From positions 8,766 to 72,765 of the forward strand of contig CAWFHF010000008.1 of assembly GCA_963815615.1 (NCBI GenBank): 64,000 nt of DNA, written 5' to 3'. Every line of letters begins with the position of its first letter. Within the stretch, counting starts at the first letter, position 1. The notes beneath the pieces are model-generated. The model saw only the letters and a program-made list of their open reading frames with translations, did not search any database and was not told the origin of the DNA. The DNA is from an uncultured Actinomycetota bacterium (lineage in GTDB: Bacteria > Actinomycetota > Actinomycetes > Mycobacteriales > SCTD01). The position numbers were made by a program, and so were the translations under genes. Shown piece by piece: positions 42,707 through 54,200 of this stretch.

Positions 42707-42740
42707 GCCCGCCCGGGCCAGCCGGCGGGCCCGGGCGGGC
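42707..42740 (+). terminator. GC-rich hairpin after the M20 gene
   Basis: gcccgcccgggcc (42707-42719) pairs with ggcccgggcgggc (42728-42740): a 13-bp perfect stem with an 8-nt loop, 9 nt after the stop. Confidence 0.55.
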
Positions 42741-42801
42741 CAGGAGCGGACCACCCGGCCGGACCTTCCCGACGGGACCGGACGGGTGCACCCTTCGCGG
42801 C

Positions 42802-43473
42802 ATGACAGCCCCCACGGTCCTCGACACGCACGACATGGTCCTGGTGCACCGGGTCTTCCGGCGCGAGCTGCGGCCTGCTGCCCGCCCTGGTCCGGTCCGC
42901 GTCCGGCGACGCCGCCCGGACCGCCCGCGTGCGCGCCCACACCGAGGAGCTGCTGGGCTTCCTGCACCACCACCACAGCGGCGAGGACGAGCTGGTCTGG
43001 CCGCGCCTGCGCGAGCGGGTCGCCCTGGAGCAGGAGCCTGGTCGACCGGATGGAGGCGCCAGCACGAGGCCGTCGCGGCGGTCTCCGCGCAGGTCGACGC
43101 GGCGCTCGCCGCGTGGGACGGCGACCCCGCCCGCGGCGAGGCGCTGGCCGGGCCGGCTCGAGCAGCTGCGGGCGCCCTGGTCGAGCACCTCGACGAGGAG
43201 GAGCGCAGCATCCTGCCGCTCGTGGCCGGCACCTTCAGCGAGCAGGAGTGGGGCGAGCTCGGGCAGCGCGGCATGGCCGCCGTGAAGCCGTCGCGCCGGC
43301 TGGCCACGCTCGGGCAGATCCTCGAGGACGCCGACGACGACGAGCAGCGCGCCTTCCTGGCCCACCTCCCGCTGCCCGTGCGCGCTGGCGTTCCGGGCTG
43401 TCGGGCGCCGCCAGCACGCCAAGCGAGACCGCGGCCCTCCGGCTGCCGGTGCAGCGCCGGGCGCTCCGCCTAG
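42802..43473 (+). pseudogene. hemerythrin (HHE cation-binding) domain protein, about four frame changes; 3' end uncertain
   Basis: ATG 42802: MTAPTVLDTHDMVLVHRVFRREL; HTEELLGFLHHHHSGEDELVWPRL; LVEHLDEEERSILPL. Confidence 0.6.
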
Positions 43474-43994
43474 GGCGGCGAGCACCCGGAGCATGCGGGT
43501 GTTGCCGAGCGTGTTCGGGCCGCACCCGGGCGAGGTCGAGGAACTCCGCGACGCCCTCGTCGTGCGACTGCAGCAGCTCCTCCTGCACCCGGCTGTCGAC
43601 CAGCACCTCGCGCGCCTCGACGAAGCCGTGCCGGGCGAAGAAGCCCGTCTCGAAGGTCAGGCAGAACACCCGGCGCACCCCGAGGTCGACCGCCCGGCGC
43701 AGCAGCCGCTCGAGCAGCAGCGAGCCGACGCCGCGGCCCTGCAGCGGCGGGGTCGACGGCGACGGTGCGCACCTCGGCGAGGTCGGCCCACAGCACGTGC
43801 AGCGCCGCGCACCCGACGACGGCGCCGCCGACCTCCGCGACGACGAACTCCTGCACGTCCTCGTAGAGCGTGACGGTGGCCTTGCTGAGCAGCCGGCGCT
43901 CGGGGGCGAAGCGGTCGACCAGGTCGCGGACGGCGGGGACGTCGTCGGTGCGCGCCCGGCGCACGGTCACGTCGGCGGTCCCGTCGGCGTCCAC
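43470..43994 (-). pseudogene. GNAT acetyltransferase, short ArgA-like (amino-acid N-acetyltransferase type); two frame changes
   Basis: GTG 43994: VTVRRARTDDVPAVRDLV..VVGCAALHVLWADLAEVRTVAVDP. After a change near 43750 it continues RRVFCLTFETGFFARHGFVE (ORF 43235..43678). A further change near 43510 leaves the stop uncertain. Confidence 0.65.
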
Positions 43995-44017
43995 GGGCAG
44001 ACCCTAGGGTCGGCGCG

Positions 44018-45254
44018 ATGAGCGGCAGCAGCGGGCACGGCGCAGGACCGGGCAGGCCGCCCTGCTGACCGCGCTGCGCCGCGACGCCTCCGGCCAGGCC
44101 GTCGCCGCCGGGGTGTCGGCGGCCGTCGTCGGCTACGCCAGCTCGGTGGCGGTCGTGGTCGCCGGGCTGGAGGCGGTGGGGGCGTCGCCGCGGCAGGTCG
44201 GCTCGGCGCTGGTCGCGCTCGGCGTCCTCATGGCGCTGGCGTCGGTCGCGCTGTCGGTCCCGGGCCGGATCCCGGTCTCGGTGGTGTGGAGCACGCCCGG
44301 GCTCGCCCTGCTGGTGCCGCTCGGCAGCAGCGGCGGCGTCGACGGCGGCTTCCCCGCGGTCGTCGGCGCCTTCGCGCTGTGCGGCGCCCTCGTCGTGCTG
44401 ACCGGCCTGGTGCCGGCGCTCGCCCGGCTGCTCGGCAGCCTGCCCGGGCCGCTGACCGCCGCCGTGCTGGCCGGGGTGCTGCTGCCGTTCTGCCTGGCCC
44501 CCGCGCAGGCCGTCGGGGACCTGCCGCTGCGGGCGGGCGCCGTCGTCGTGGTGTGGGCGCTGACGGCCCGGCTGGCACCCGCCTGGTCCGCACCGGCCGC
44601 GCTGCTGACCGTGCTCGTCGTCGCGCTGGTCGACGGGTCGCTGGTCCTGCCCGGCCCGACGCTGCCGCAGGTCGCCCCGGTGGCCCCGACCCTGACGCGC
44701 GCAGGCGGTGACGGCGGTCGCCCTGCCGGTCTACCTCGTGACGATGGCCGGGCAGAACCTCGTCGGCCTCGCGGTGCTGCAGGCCAACGGCTACGCGCCG
44801 TCGGTGCGCCGGCTGCTGGTCGGCACGGGTGCGGCGTCCGTCGTCGGGGCGCCGCTCGGCGCGCCGACGGTCAACCTCGCCGCCATCACGGGCGCGCTCA
44901 CCGCCGGGCCGGGCGCCCACCCCGACCCGGCCCGCCGCTGGGTCGCCGCCGTCGCCGCGGGCGGCACCTACCTGCTGCTCGCCCTCGTCGCCCCGCTGAC
45001 CGCCGCGCTGGTCACCCAGGTCGACCCGCGGCTCGTCCGCACCGCCGCCGGGCTCGCGCTGATCGCCTCCTTCGCGGGGGCGGCCGACCGGCGCCCTGAC
45101 CGCCGAGCGCACCCGGCTGCCGGCCGCCGTCACCCTGCTGGTCGCGGCGTCGGGCGTGACGGCCGCGGGGCTGGGCAGCGCGCCGCTCGGGCTGGCCGCC
45201 GGGCTCGTCCTGCTCGCGCTGCTGCGACCCCGGCGGGGCCGCGGCACGCCCTCT
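44018..45254 (+). pseudogene. BenE family (benzoate/H+ symporter-like) transporter, about three frame changes; stop not resolved
   Basis: ATG 44018 with a change near 44050, then ORFs 44113..45099, 44708..45256 and 45156... VSAAVVGYASSVAVVVAGL; PVYLVTMAGQNLVGLAVLQANGY. The last frame reads through into the next gene. A TGA at 45252-45254 lies in a neighbouring frame. Confidence 0.6.
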
Positions 45255-45290
45255 GACACGCTGCGCGGCCTCACGAGAGGAGCAGCCACC

Positions 45291-45774
45291 GTGGCGAGCA
45301 AGGGCGAGAGCGCGTACGAGAAGTTCCAGCAGGCCGTCGGTCAGGCCGAGGGCACCGGCGAGTGGTTCGAGGTCGACCAGGAGCGCATCGACGGCTTCGC
45401 CGACGTGACGCTCGACCACCAGTTCATCCACGTCGACCCGGAGATGTGCAAGCAGCTGTCGCCGTGGGGCGTGCCGATCGCGCACGGCTTCCTCACCCTG
45501 TCGCTGCTGACCCACCTCGCGGGCTCGGTGCCGCAGGACATGCGCCGCCTCGACGGCATCGTCATGGGCGTCAACTACGGCTTCGACAAGGTCCGCTTCG
45601 TCAACCCCGTGAAGGTCGGCTCGAAGGTCCGCGCGTCACAGCGTGCTGGCCGCCGTCGAGCAGAAGGACCCGAACACCCTGCAGGTCACCCGCACGTACA
45701 CGGTCGAGATCGAGGGCGAGACCAAGCCCGCCCTGGTCGCCGACTGGATCACCCGGCTCGTCTACTCCGGCTGA
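45291..45774 (+). pseudogene. MaoC-like (R)-hydratase / hot-dog fold dehydratase, one +1 frame change
   Basis: GTG 45291 (AGAGGAG upstream). FADVTLDHQFIHVDPE..PIAHGFLTLSLL. After a change near 45635 the tail reads LAAVEQKDPNTLQVTRTYTVEIEGETKPALVADWITRLVYSG to TGA 45772-45774. Confidence 0.8.
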
Positions 45775-45781
45775 CGCCGGC

Positions 45782-45812
45782 GGCGGGGGCGGCGGCCGAC
45801 GCCGCCCCCGCC
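45782..45812 (+). terminator. GC-rich hairpin after the MaoC-like gene
   Basis: ggcgggggcggcg (45782-45794), loop gccga, cgccgcccccgcc (45800-45812): a 13-bp perfect stem 8 nt after the stop. Confidence 0.55.
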
Positions 45813-45932
45813 CCGCTGGCCGCCGTGCGGATCGGCCGTCCGGGCCGTCCGACGGGTCCCCGCCGCACGCGGAGGGCATGATCGTCCCGACCGGCCCCGG
45901 AGTCCCCGGGCCGCCGACGCGCTGGAGGCGGC

Positions 45933-47077
45933 GTGCTCGACGACCTCAAGTCCTTCTTCACCAACAGCAGCGTCGCCGAGGTCGGGGTCGGCGTGACCAT
46001 CGGCGCGGCCTTCGCGGCCGTCGTCAGCGCGGCCACCGAGACCGGGCAGGCGCTGCTGCACGGCGACCTCGAGTACTCCGGGCTCGTGCGGCGCCGTCAT
46101 CGCCCTGCTGTCGGTGGCGCTGCTGTCGCTGTTCGGCGTGGTCAAGCCGCTGATGGCGCTCAAGGAGCAAGATGGGCCGGGTCCAGGCCGCCAAGGTCGC
46201 GGAGGCGGCGCAGCAGGTGCGCGGCGGTGACCTGCAGGGCGCGCTCGGCACCGCGCGCGAGGGCCTGGCCGCGCGCGGCGGCGGCGACCCCAGCGGGAGC
46301 GGTGCGGACGGCGGCGACGCCGACAGCAGCGGGGCAGCCGACAGCAGCGGCACGTCGGGCGAGCTGACCGCCGAGGGCACGGCCGAGGCCGTCGCGAGCG
46401 TCTCCGGTGCCGCGGCGGTCCCGCTGCCCGAGCAGGAGCTGCGCGCGGCGGACGGCAGCAGCGGCTCCTTCGCGTCAGCTGCCGCCGACGGCGGTCCCGA
46501 CGGCGGTGACGGCAGCGGTCCGAGCAGCAGTACCGGCTCGTCCGCGGAGGTCGGCGGCGACGCGCTGGTGGCCGGCGACGGCGTGAGCGGTGCGGACAGC
46601 CTGCTGAGCGGCCTCGGCGTGCCGGGGTCCGCGGACGGTGAGGCTGCAGGCGGGACGGCGAGCGGCTCCGGCCTCGACGACGCCGCGCTGGCCACCGACG
46701 AGGGCTCGGCGGTCCCCGCCCCGACCGGCACGGCGCCGGGGGCAGCGGGGCCGGGGGCGGCGCGAGCGCCGCGCGGCCGCCCCGACCCGCTCACCGCACC
46801 GCTGTCGCAGCTCACCCCCGCGGCCGGTGCGGCCGCGGCGCGGCAGGCGGTGCCGCCACCGGTTCCGCCACCGGCGTCGCCCGCAGCCGGCACGACGGCG
46901 GCCGCGGCCGCGGCGGGCCCCGCCGACGCCCGCGGCCTGCCCTACACGCAGACCGACACCAAGCTCTGCCCCTTCTGCGCGTTCGACATCCCGGCGGTGG
47001 CGACCCGCTGCGGGTTCTGCACGAGCGACCTCGGCGACCTCGAGCGCGGTCCCGACCCGGTGGTCGTCCCCGCCTGA
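45933..47077 (+). pseudogene. MscL-like two-TM module fused to a long low-complexity acidic region and a C-terminal zinc-ribbon; two +1 frame changes
   Basis: MLDDLKSFFTNSSVAEVGVGVTIGAAFAAVV (MscL TM1-like). After a change, GAVIALLSVALLSLFGVVKPLMALKEQ (TM2-like). After a second change, ORF 46172..47077: about 250 aa rich in Gly/Ser/Ala/Asp, then CPFCAFDIPAVATRCGFCTSDL. Confidence 0.55.
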
Positions 47078-47092
47078 CGAGCGGGGGCACGC

Positions 47093-47111
47093 GGGCCCGG
47101 CGCGCCGGGCC
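47093..47111. terminator. GC palindrome between convergent genes (possible bidirectional terminator)
   Basis: gggcccggcgcgccgggcc lies between the stops at 47077 (+) and 47112 (-). Confidence 0.35.
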
Positions 47112-47960
47112 TCAGACCTCCTCGGGCGCGAACACCCGGCCCGGGGCGACCAGCTCCTCCTGCGCGGCGACGAGCAGGACCTCGCGCGACCCGGCCTGCT
47201 CGGTGCGCGCCAGCAGCCCCCACACCGACGACGCCGCCGCCCCCAGCGCGGCGCCGGCGTCGCGGGTGCGCAGCCAGTGGGCGAGGAACAGGGCGGCGAC
47301 CGCGTCGCCCGCGCCGTTCACCGAGACGCCGAGCTTCGGGGTGCGCACCCGCCAGTGCCGGCCGCCCTCGGAGGCGAGCAGGTCGACGGCGTCGTCGGGC
47401 GTGTCCTCGGTGACCAGCGACGTCGTCAGGACGGTGCGCGGACCGCGGGCCTGCAGGGCGGCCACGGCGTCCTTCACGGCGGTCAGCGTGCCGGTGGGCT
47501 CGCCGGTGAGCAGGTCGAGCTCGAAGTGGTTGGGCGTGAGCAGGTCGGCCGCCGGGACGGCGACGTCGCGCAGCAGCTCCGGGATGCCGGGGCGGACGAA
47601 GACGCCCCGGCCGACGTCGCCGATCACGGGGTCGCAGCACCAGACGGCGTCGGGGTTGGCGGCGCGCACCCGGGCGGCGGCGCCGACGACGGCGTGCCCG
47701 ACGTCGGCCGCGCCGAGGTAGCCGGACAGCACGGCGTCGCAGGTGCCGAGGACGCCCCGGTCGGCGATGCCCTGGACGAGCTCCTCGACGGAGGGGCCGT
47801 CGAACACCCGGCCGGTCCAGGCGCCGTAGCCGGTGTGGTTGGAGAACTGGACGGTGTGGACCGGCCAGACCTCCAGGCCGAGCCGCTGCAGGGCGAAGAC
47901 GGCGGCGGCGTTGCCGACGTGGCCGTAGGCGACGTGGGACTGGATCGACAGCACGTTCAC
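47112..47960 (-). CDS. pdxY: pyridoxal kinase
   Basis: GTG 47960 within track ORF 47112..49409. VLSIQSHVAYGHVGNAAAVFALQRLGLEVWPVHTVQFSNHTGYG and the ribokinase-fold motif VSVNGAGDAVAALF. GTGA overlap with the upstream stop. Confidence 0.85.
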   Translation of the reverse strand: MNVLSIQSHVAYGHVGNAAAVFALQRLGLEVWPVHTVQFSNHTGYGAWTGRVFDGPSVEELVQGIADRGVLGTCDAVLSGYLGAADVGHAVVGAAARVRAANPDAVWCCDPVIGDVGRGVFVRPGIPELLRDVAVPAADLLTPNHFELDLLTGEPTGTLTAVKDAVAALQARGPRTVLTTSLVTEDTPDDAVDLLASEGGRHWRVRTPKLGVSVNGAGDAVAALFLAHWLRTRDAGAALGAAASSVWGLLARTEQAGSREVLLVAAQEELVAPGRVFAPEEV

Positions 47961-48778
47961 GGCCGCGAGGCTCCCACGGGGGCGGGGTCGTCGAGGAAGG
48001 CGCGGACCGCGCCGCGGACGGTGGGGACGCGCAGCGGCGCGAGGTGCCCGGAGCGGGGGACGACGACGGCCCGCGCGTGCGGCAGCACCGACAGGAGCCG
48101 CTCGGTGTCCCCGGGCGGGGCGAGCCGGTCGCGCCCGCCCTGGACGAGCAGCACGGGGGTGCGGACCGCGCGCAGGTCCTCGGTGGCGGCGTCGGGCAGG
48201 GCGAGCAGGGCGCGGACCTGCGCGGCGGCGGCAGCGGCGTCGGTGCGCAGCAGCAGCGGGGGCACCAGCCGTCCCGCGGCCCGCAGCGGCGCCTCGACGG
48301 CGCCGGCGAGCCGGGGACCGACGAGCCAGGGAGCGAGCTCGGACCAGAAGCCGCGCAGGTCGCCGGCCTCCCCGAGGGCGGCCAGCCGCTCGAGCAGGGC
48401 GAGTCGCTCGGGGCGGTGCCCGGCGGGCGCGCTGAGCAGCACGGCCCGGCGCACGCGGTCGGGGTGCAGCACGAGCAGCCGCTGGGTGACGACGGCGCCG
48501 AACGACACGCCCAGCACGTCGGCCTGCTCGACGCCGGCCGCGTCGAGCACCCGCACGGCGTCGTCGGCGTAGCCGTCGACCGTCCACGCGCCGGACCAGG
48601 GCCGCGACCCGGCGACCCCCCGCGGGTCGACGGCGAGCCGCCGGCCCAGGCGCGACGGCAGCAGCGGCGTCCAGCTGACCAGGCCGAGGGTGAGGCCGGG
48701 CAGGAGCAGCAGCGGGCGCCCGCTGCCGGCCTCGTGCCAGCAGAGCGGGGCGCCGTCGGGCGCGAGGACGGTGGGCAC
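47957..48778 (-). CDS. alpha/beta hydrolase
   Basis: GTG 48778 within track ORF 47957..49312. LLLLPGLT; nucleophile elbow VLGVSFGAVV; C-terminal RSGH. Confidence 0.8.
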   Translation of the reverse strand: MPTVLAPDGAPLCWHEAGSGRPLLLLPGLTLGLVSWTPLLPSRLGRRLAVDPRGVAGSRPWSGAWTVDGYADDAVRVLDAAGVEQADVLGVSFGAVVTQRLLVLHPDRVRRAVLLSAPAGHRPERLALLERLAALGEAGDLRGFWSELAPWLVGPRLAGAVEAPLRAAGRLVPPLLLRTDAAAAAAQVRALLALPDAATEDLRAVRTPVLLVQGGRDRLAPPGDTERLLSVLPHARAVVVPRSGHLAPLRVPTVRGAVRAFLDDPAPVGASRP

Positions 48779-48827
48779 GCCAGGGCCCTTCCCCGCTGCC
48801 GGAGCAGGCACCCGGGACACTGCTGTC

Positions 48828-49505
48828 GTGACGCCTCCGGACGCAGCCCTGTCGGCCTGGCTCGGCGGCTGGCCGCCGTCGCTGCCGGTGCGCGTGGTCG
48901 CCGACCCGCGGGCGGGCGAGCCGGCCTGGGACGGCAGCCCCCGCGGGGTCACGGGCGCCGTCGACCCGCAGGGCCGCTGCGTGGTGCGGGTCCCGCCCGA
49001 CGTCGCCGCCCGGCTCGGGACGCCTCCCGACGTCGACGCCCTGCTGGCCGCGCTGCCCGACGCCGTCGGGGTGCCCGGCACGGCGGGGACCGGCGCGCTG
49101 CGCTGGGCGCAGGAGGTCCCCGGCGCGGACGTCCTGCCCGACGCCGGGACCTGGCTGCCGGCGGCGCTGGCCGACGACGGCGACCCGCGGGTGCCGGCCT
49201 GGCTGCGCCCCTTCGGCGGCGACGTGCTGGTGGCGCTGGAGGGCGGGCGGTACGTGGCCGGCGTCGGGCTGAAGCGGCACGACGCGCTGCTGGAGGAGGT
49301 CGCCGTCGTCACCGACGAGCGGGCGCGCGGACGCGGGCTGGCCCGGCGGCTGGTCGCGCAGGCCGCCCGGGCGGTGCAGGCGCAGGGCCGGTCGGTGCTC
49401 TACCTGCACGCGCCCGACAACGAGGCGTCCGCCCGGGTGGCCCGCGCGAGCGGCTTCCCCGACACCGGCTGGCGGGTCCTCGGCTACTGGACCGGCCGGC
49501 CCTGA
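48828..49505 (+). CDS. GNAT family N-acetyltransferase
   Basis: GTG 48828 within ORF 48690..49505. GNAT core VAVVTDERARGRGLARRLVAQAA..LYLHAPDNEASARVARASGF. Confidence 0.65.
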   Translation: MTPPDAALSAWLGGWPPSLPVRVVADPRAGEPAWDGSPRGVTGAVDPQGRCVVRVPPDVAARLGTPPDVDALLAALPDAVGVPGTAGTGALRWAQEVPGADVLPDAGTWLPAALADDGDPRVPAWLRPFGGDVLVALEGGRYVAGVGLKRHDALLEEVAVVTDERARGRGLARRLVAQAARAVQAQGRSVLYLHAPDNEASARVARASGFPDTGWRVLGYWTGRP

Positions 49506-49512
49506 CGGCTGC

Positions 49513-50028
49513 TCAGAGCGGCTGCGCCTGCCGGTGCTGCGCGGCGAGGTCGAGGTAGACCGCGGCGTTCAGGCCGATGAGCTCGCGCTCCTGCGGCGTC
49601 GTCTCGCGGCGCACCTTGCCCGGCGTCCCGACGACCAGCGAGCCGGGCGGCACGACGGTGCCCGGGGAGACCAGCGCCCCCGCGCCGATCATCGTGCCGC
49701 TGCCGATCACGGCGCCGTTCATGACGACGGCGCCCATGCCGACCAGCACGTCGTCCTCGACGGTGCAGCCGTGCAGCACCGCGGCGTGCCCCACGCTCAC
49801 GCCCTCCCCGACGACGAGGGGGAAGCCGGGGTCGGCGTGCAGCACCGCGCCGTCCTGCAGGTTGGTGCGGGCGCCGACCCGGATGCTGTCGCCGTCGCCG
49901 CGCAGGACCGCGGAGTACCAGACGCTGACCTGCGCGCCGAGGACCACCGCCCCGACGACGCGGGCGGTGTCGGCGACCCAGGCGGTGTCGGCGACGTCGG
50001 GGACCCGTCCGGGCAGGCTCAGCAGCAC
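49513..50028 (-). CDS. gamma carbonic anhydrase family (left-handed beta-helix) protein
   Basis: GTG 50028 within ORF 49513..51138. Hexapeptide repeats: [40 protein letters not shown]. Confidence 0.85.
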   Translation of the reverse strand: MLLSLPGRVPDVADTAWVADTARVVGAVVLGAQVSVWYSAVLRGDGDSIRVGARTNLQDGAVLHADPGFPLVVGEGVSVGHAAVLHGCTVEDDVLVGMGAVVMNGAVIGSGTMIGAGALVSPGTVVPPGSLVVGTPGKVRRETTPQERELIGLNAAVYLDLAAQHRQAQPL

Positions 50029-50051
50029 CGGCCCACCCTCGCAGACGCCGG

Positions 50052-50555
50052 CTACGAGGGGGCGTTCTCCTCGAGGTAGGCGTCCTTGTCGACGTCGTCG
50101 GCGGACACGTCGACGGCGCGCTCGTGCGCGTTGCGCCAGCTCAGCCACTGCACGGCGAGGTCGGCGCGCTGCTGGTCGGTGACGTTGGCGCGCAGGTCGG
50201 GCAGCGCCTCGCGCTCCTCCTCGGCGAGGTGGTCGGAGTTCTCCTCGCGGGCCTTGCCCACGGCCTCCTCCCACTCCGGCGAGCCGACGGCGTGCCGCGC
50301 CGCCTCGCGGATCGCGTCGCGGATGGCGTTGTGGTCCTCGAGGGCGTCGTCGGTCTCCTCGTCGGCGTTCTCGCCCTCCTGGAGCAGCGCCGGGTAGAAC
50401 ACCGCCTCCTCGCAGGCCGCGTGCACCTCGAGCAGCCGCGACAGCCCGTCCCAGACGGCCGTCTTGGCCTCCTCGGTGTGCGCGTCGTCGAGCAGGGCGA
50501 AGCCCCGGCGCAGGGCGGCGTGGTCCTCCAGGACCAGGGCGGTGACGTCGAGCAC
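50052..50555 (-). CDS. hemerythrin (HHE) domain protein
   Basis: Intact 167-aa [54 protein letters not shown]. Confidence 0.75.
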   Translation of the reverse strand: MLDVTALVLEDHAALRRGFALLDDAHTEEAKTAVWDGLSRLLEVHAACEEAVFYPALLQEGENADEETDDALEDHNAIRDAIREAARHAVGSPEWEEAVGKAREENSDHLAEEEREALPDLRANVTDQQRADLAVQWLSWRNAHERAVDVSADDVDKDAYLEENAPS

Positions 50556-50609
50556 GGGCTCTCCAACGGGTCGGGGGCGTGCGGCACCCCTCCCCGCGGC
50601 GGCGTCCCT

Positions 50610-51110
50610 CTAGACCTGGTCGCTGCCGGAGTCGACGGGCACGAGCACGACCGGGCAGGCGGTGCTGTGGCTGAGCCGGCGGCTCGTGGAGCCGAGCAGC
50701 AGGGCCTGCACGGCGTGCCCGACGCCGGACGCCGGCATCCCGATGACGACCAGCCGCGCCCCGAGCGCCGAGGCCCGCTCCTCGAGCACCGACGCCGGCT
50801 CGCCCGGCAGCGCCTCGAACTCCCAGGGGACGTCCAGGCCGGCGAGGTCGGCCTCGGCCCGGGCCCGGCCCTCCTGCTCGACCGCCCGCGTGACGGCCTG
50901 CGAGGCCTGCAGGTCCGGGACGGCGGGCGTCGCCCCGGTGAGCGGGAGAGCGCTGCCGGCGGTGGCCACCGGGACCGGTTCGACCGCCCGCACCACGACC
51001 AGCCGTGCGCCGAGGCTGCCCGCCAGCCGGGCCGCCTCCTGCAGGGCGGCCCGGCCACCGGCCAGCCCGTCGTGCCCGACCACCAGGACCTGCTGGGTGC
51101 CCTCGTCCAT
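50610..51110 (-). CDS. universal stress protein (UspA family)
   Basis: ATG 51110 within ORF 50610..55805. [46 protein letters not shown]. Confidence 0.8.
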   Translation of the reverse strand: MDEGTQQVLVVGHDGLAGGRAALQEAARLAGSLGARLVVVRAVEPVPVATAGSALPLTGATPAVPDLQASQAVTRAVEQEGRARAEADLAGLDVPWEFEALPGEPASVLEERASALGARLVVIGMPASGVGHAVQALLLGSTSRRLSHSTACPVVLVPVDSGSDQV

Positions 51111-51290
51111 GCCCCCGTGCTTCCCGCGCCGGCGGCACGCCACGCCGTCGCGGCGAGCCGTCACGGTCCGTGTGCCACGGCGTCGCACTGCGCGACTACG
51201 CTCGTCCTGCCGCGCCCGGCCACAACCGGGTCGCGCCGGACTGCTCCCCGGCGCCCCGGGCGGTCGACGCGCGACGACAGCGAGGCACCG

Positions 51291-54200
51291 ATGACGACGG
51301 CGACGCCGTTGCACCTGTCCCCCGGCCCCGGGAGCACGTCGGCGGGGAGGGCCTACGCCGACGCGCAGCTGGCCGGGGTCGACCCGGAGGTCGTCGACGA
51401 CGCCAAGCTGGTCCTGACCGAGCTGGTCACCAACGCGCAGCTGCACGGCCTGGCGCCGATCGAGCTGCGGGTGGAGCGGCGCGGGGCCGGGGCGAGGGTC
51501 GAGGTGCGCGACGCGAGCACCCGCTCGGTGGTGCTGCCCGTGCAGGACGACGGCGCCATGACGGGCCGGGGGCTGCGCCTGGTCGCCGCCCTGGCCGCCG
51601 CGTGGGGCGTCGACCCGGTCCCGGACGGCGCGGGCAAGGTGGTCTGGGCCGAGCTCGTCCCGCAGGCCGGGCACGACGCCGGCTCCCCGCAGCTCGGCGG
51701 CGCTGCTCTCCCCGACCCGTGGCGCGACCAGCCCGACGAGCAGCTGCACACCGTCCGGCTGGGCGCCGTGCCCACCGGGCTGCTGCTGGAGGCCAAGCGG
51801 CACGTCGACGGCGTCGTGCGCGAGCTCACCCTGGAGCGGGCCGGGGCCGACGCCCCGCTGCCCCCCGAGGTCGAGGCGCTGATCGACACGGTCACCCGCA
51901 CGTTCGTGCGTGCCCGGACCGGTGTGAAGGAGCAGGCCGTCGCGGCGGCCGCCCGCGGCGACCGGCAGACCGAGCTGGTGCTGCACCTGCCGGTGTCCTC
52001 GGTCGAGGCCGGCGAGCGCTACCTCGAGGCCCTCGACGAGGTCGACCGGTACGCCCGGCAGGCCCGCCTGCTGACCCTGGAGACGCCGCTGCTGCACCGG
52101 CTGTTCCGCCGCTGGTACGTCTGCGCCCTGGTCGAGCAGCTGCGCGCGCACGCCGCCGGCGAGGAGCCCGACGAGCCGAAGCCGTTCGTCGAGGTGCTGG
52201 TGGGCGAGGTCGACGAGCTCTCCGGGCTCCGCGAGACCGCCCACCGGCTCGACCTGCTGCAGCGCGTGAACGCCGCGCTCACCGACGCGCACACCGCCGA
52301 GGGCATGGCCCGCATCGTGCTGTCGGCCGCGGTGCGCGAGCTCGACGCCTCGACCGCCCGCGTCTACGTCGTGCAGGAGGGGCGGCTGCACGCGATCGGG
52401 CAGTCGGTGGCGCTCAAGGCCGGGACGGCCGGTTACGACTCCCTGGACCTCGACGCCGACCTGCCCGGCCCCGTCGTGCTGCGCAGCGGGCAGCCGCTGG
52501 TGCTGCGGACCGTCGCCCAGCTGGTCGAGCGCTTCCCCGTCCTGGCCGGCGTGTACGACAGCGAGCGCTCGCTGCACGTCGTCCCGCTCGAGGTCGGACG
52601 CCACCGGCTCGGCGTGCTGGCCCTCGGCTTCGCCCCCAGCAGCCGCTACGACGAGGCCGCCCAGACCGCCTACGTGCGTGCCCTCGCCGACGCCCTCGCG
52701 CAGGGGCTGGAGCGCATCGAGGTGGCCGACCGCCTGGCCAGGCTGGGCGCTCCGCCCGTCGGTGAGCCGGCCCCGCCGGGCTCCGCGCAGGTCTCCGTCG
52801 GCGGTGAGGGCGAGCGCCGGCTCGTCGACCTCGCGGGCGCCGCCGAGGCGATCGCGGGGGCGCGCAGCGTCGAGCGGCTGCTCGAGGTGGTGGCCGAGGC
52901 CGCGCGCTCGGTCGTGGGGACGCACCAGTCGGTCGCGACCCGCCTCTACGGCGGCACCTGGCAGCACGCCTCCACCCACGTCTCGCTCAGCGACGACTAC
53001 GCCCAGTGGCGCAGCTACGACGTCGTCCCGCAGGGCCTCGGCGTCCTGAACGCCGTCACCCGGGAGAACCGCCCGCTGCGGCTCACCGCGGACCAGCTGC
53101 TCGAGCACCCGGAGTACCGCGGGCTGCGCGACGCCCCGGGGCACCCCCCGATGCCCGACTACCTCGCCGCCCCGCTCATCAGCCGCGACGGCCACAACAT
53201 CGGCCTGATCCAGCTGTCGCACAAGCAGGACGGCACCGACTTCGACGACGCCGACGAGGCCGTCGCCGTGCAGCTCGCCCTCATGGTCTCGGCCGCCCTG
53301 GAGCACGTGGAGACCGCCGCCGAGCTCGAGCAGGCGCTCGACCGGCTGCGCGCCGAGCAGGACGTCGTCAGCGCGCTGCACGACGTCGGCCGGGCCGTGA
53401 CGTCGCGCCTGGAGCACGCCGAGGTCGTGCAGGTCGTCACCGACGCCGCGACGTCGATGACGGGCGCCCAGTTCGGCGCGTTCTTCTACAACGTGCTCGA
53501 CGAGCGCGGCGAGACCTACTCGCTCTACACGATCTCCGGCGTGCCGCGCGAGGCCTTCAGCCGCTTCCCGATGCCGCGCAACACCGACGTCTTCGCGCCG
53601 ACGTTCGGCGGCGAGGGCGTCGTCCGGCTGGACGACGTCACGGCCGACCCCCGCTACGGGCACATGGCGCCCCACCACGGCATGCCCGAGGGCCACCTGC
53701 CCGTGCGCTCCTACCTGGCCGTGCCGGTCAGCCTCAAGGACGGCGAGGTCATCGGCGGGCTGTTCTTCGGCCACGCCGACGAGGGCGTCTTCGACGAGGA
53801 CGCCGAGCGGCTGGCCGTCGGCATCGCCGGCTACGCCTCGATCGCGCTCGAGAACGGCCGCCTCTACGACGCCGCCCGGCAGGTCGCGCGCGAGAAGGAG
53901 GAGGTCGCCGCGGCGCTCGAGGGCCCGCTGCAGCCGCCGGAGCTCCCCGTCATCCCGGGGCTGCACCTGGCCGCGGTCTTCCAGCCGCTCGGCGGCACCG
54001 GCCGGCTCGGCGGCGACTTCTACGACGTCTTCCCGATCCCGGGCGGCCGCTGGGTGCTCGCCCTCGGCGACGTCGCCGGCAAGGGCCCCGGGGCGGCCGC
54101 CGTCACCGGCCTGGTCCGCCAGACGCTGTGGGGCGCGGCGCAGTACGCCCCCGACCCGCTGGCCGTGGCCCGCTCGGTCAACGACGCCCTGCTGCGCCAG

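Noticed and set aside
45156-45881. Apparent BenE-MaoC fusion ORF (track ORF 45156..45881)
   Set aside because: The MaoC-like gene has its own GTG at 45291 with an AGAGGAG SD. The read-through is best explained by an unresolved frame change at the end of the BenE gene.
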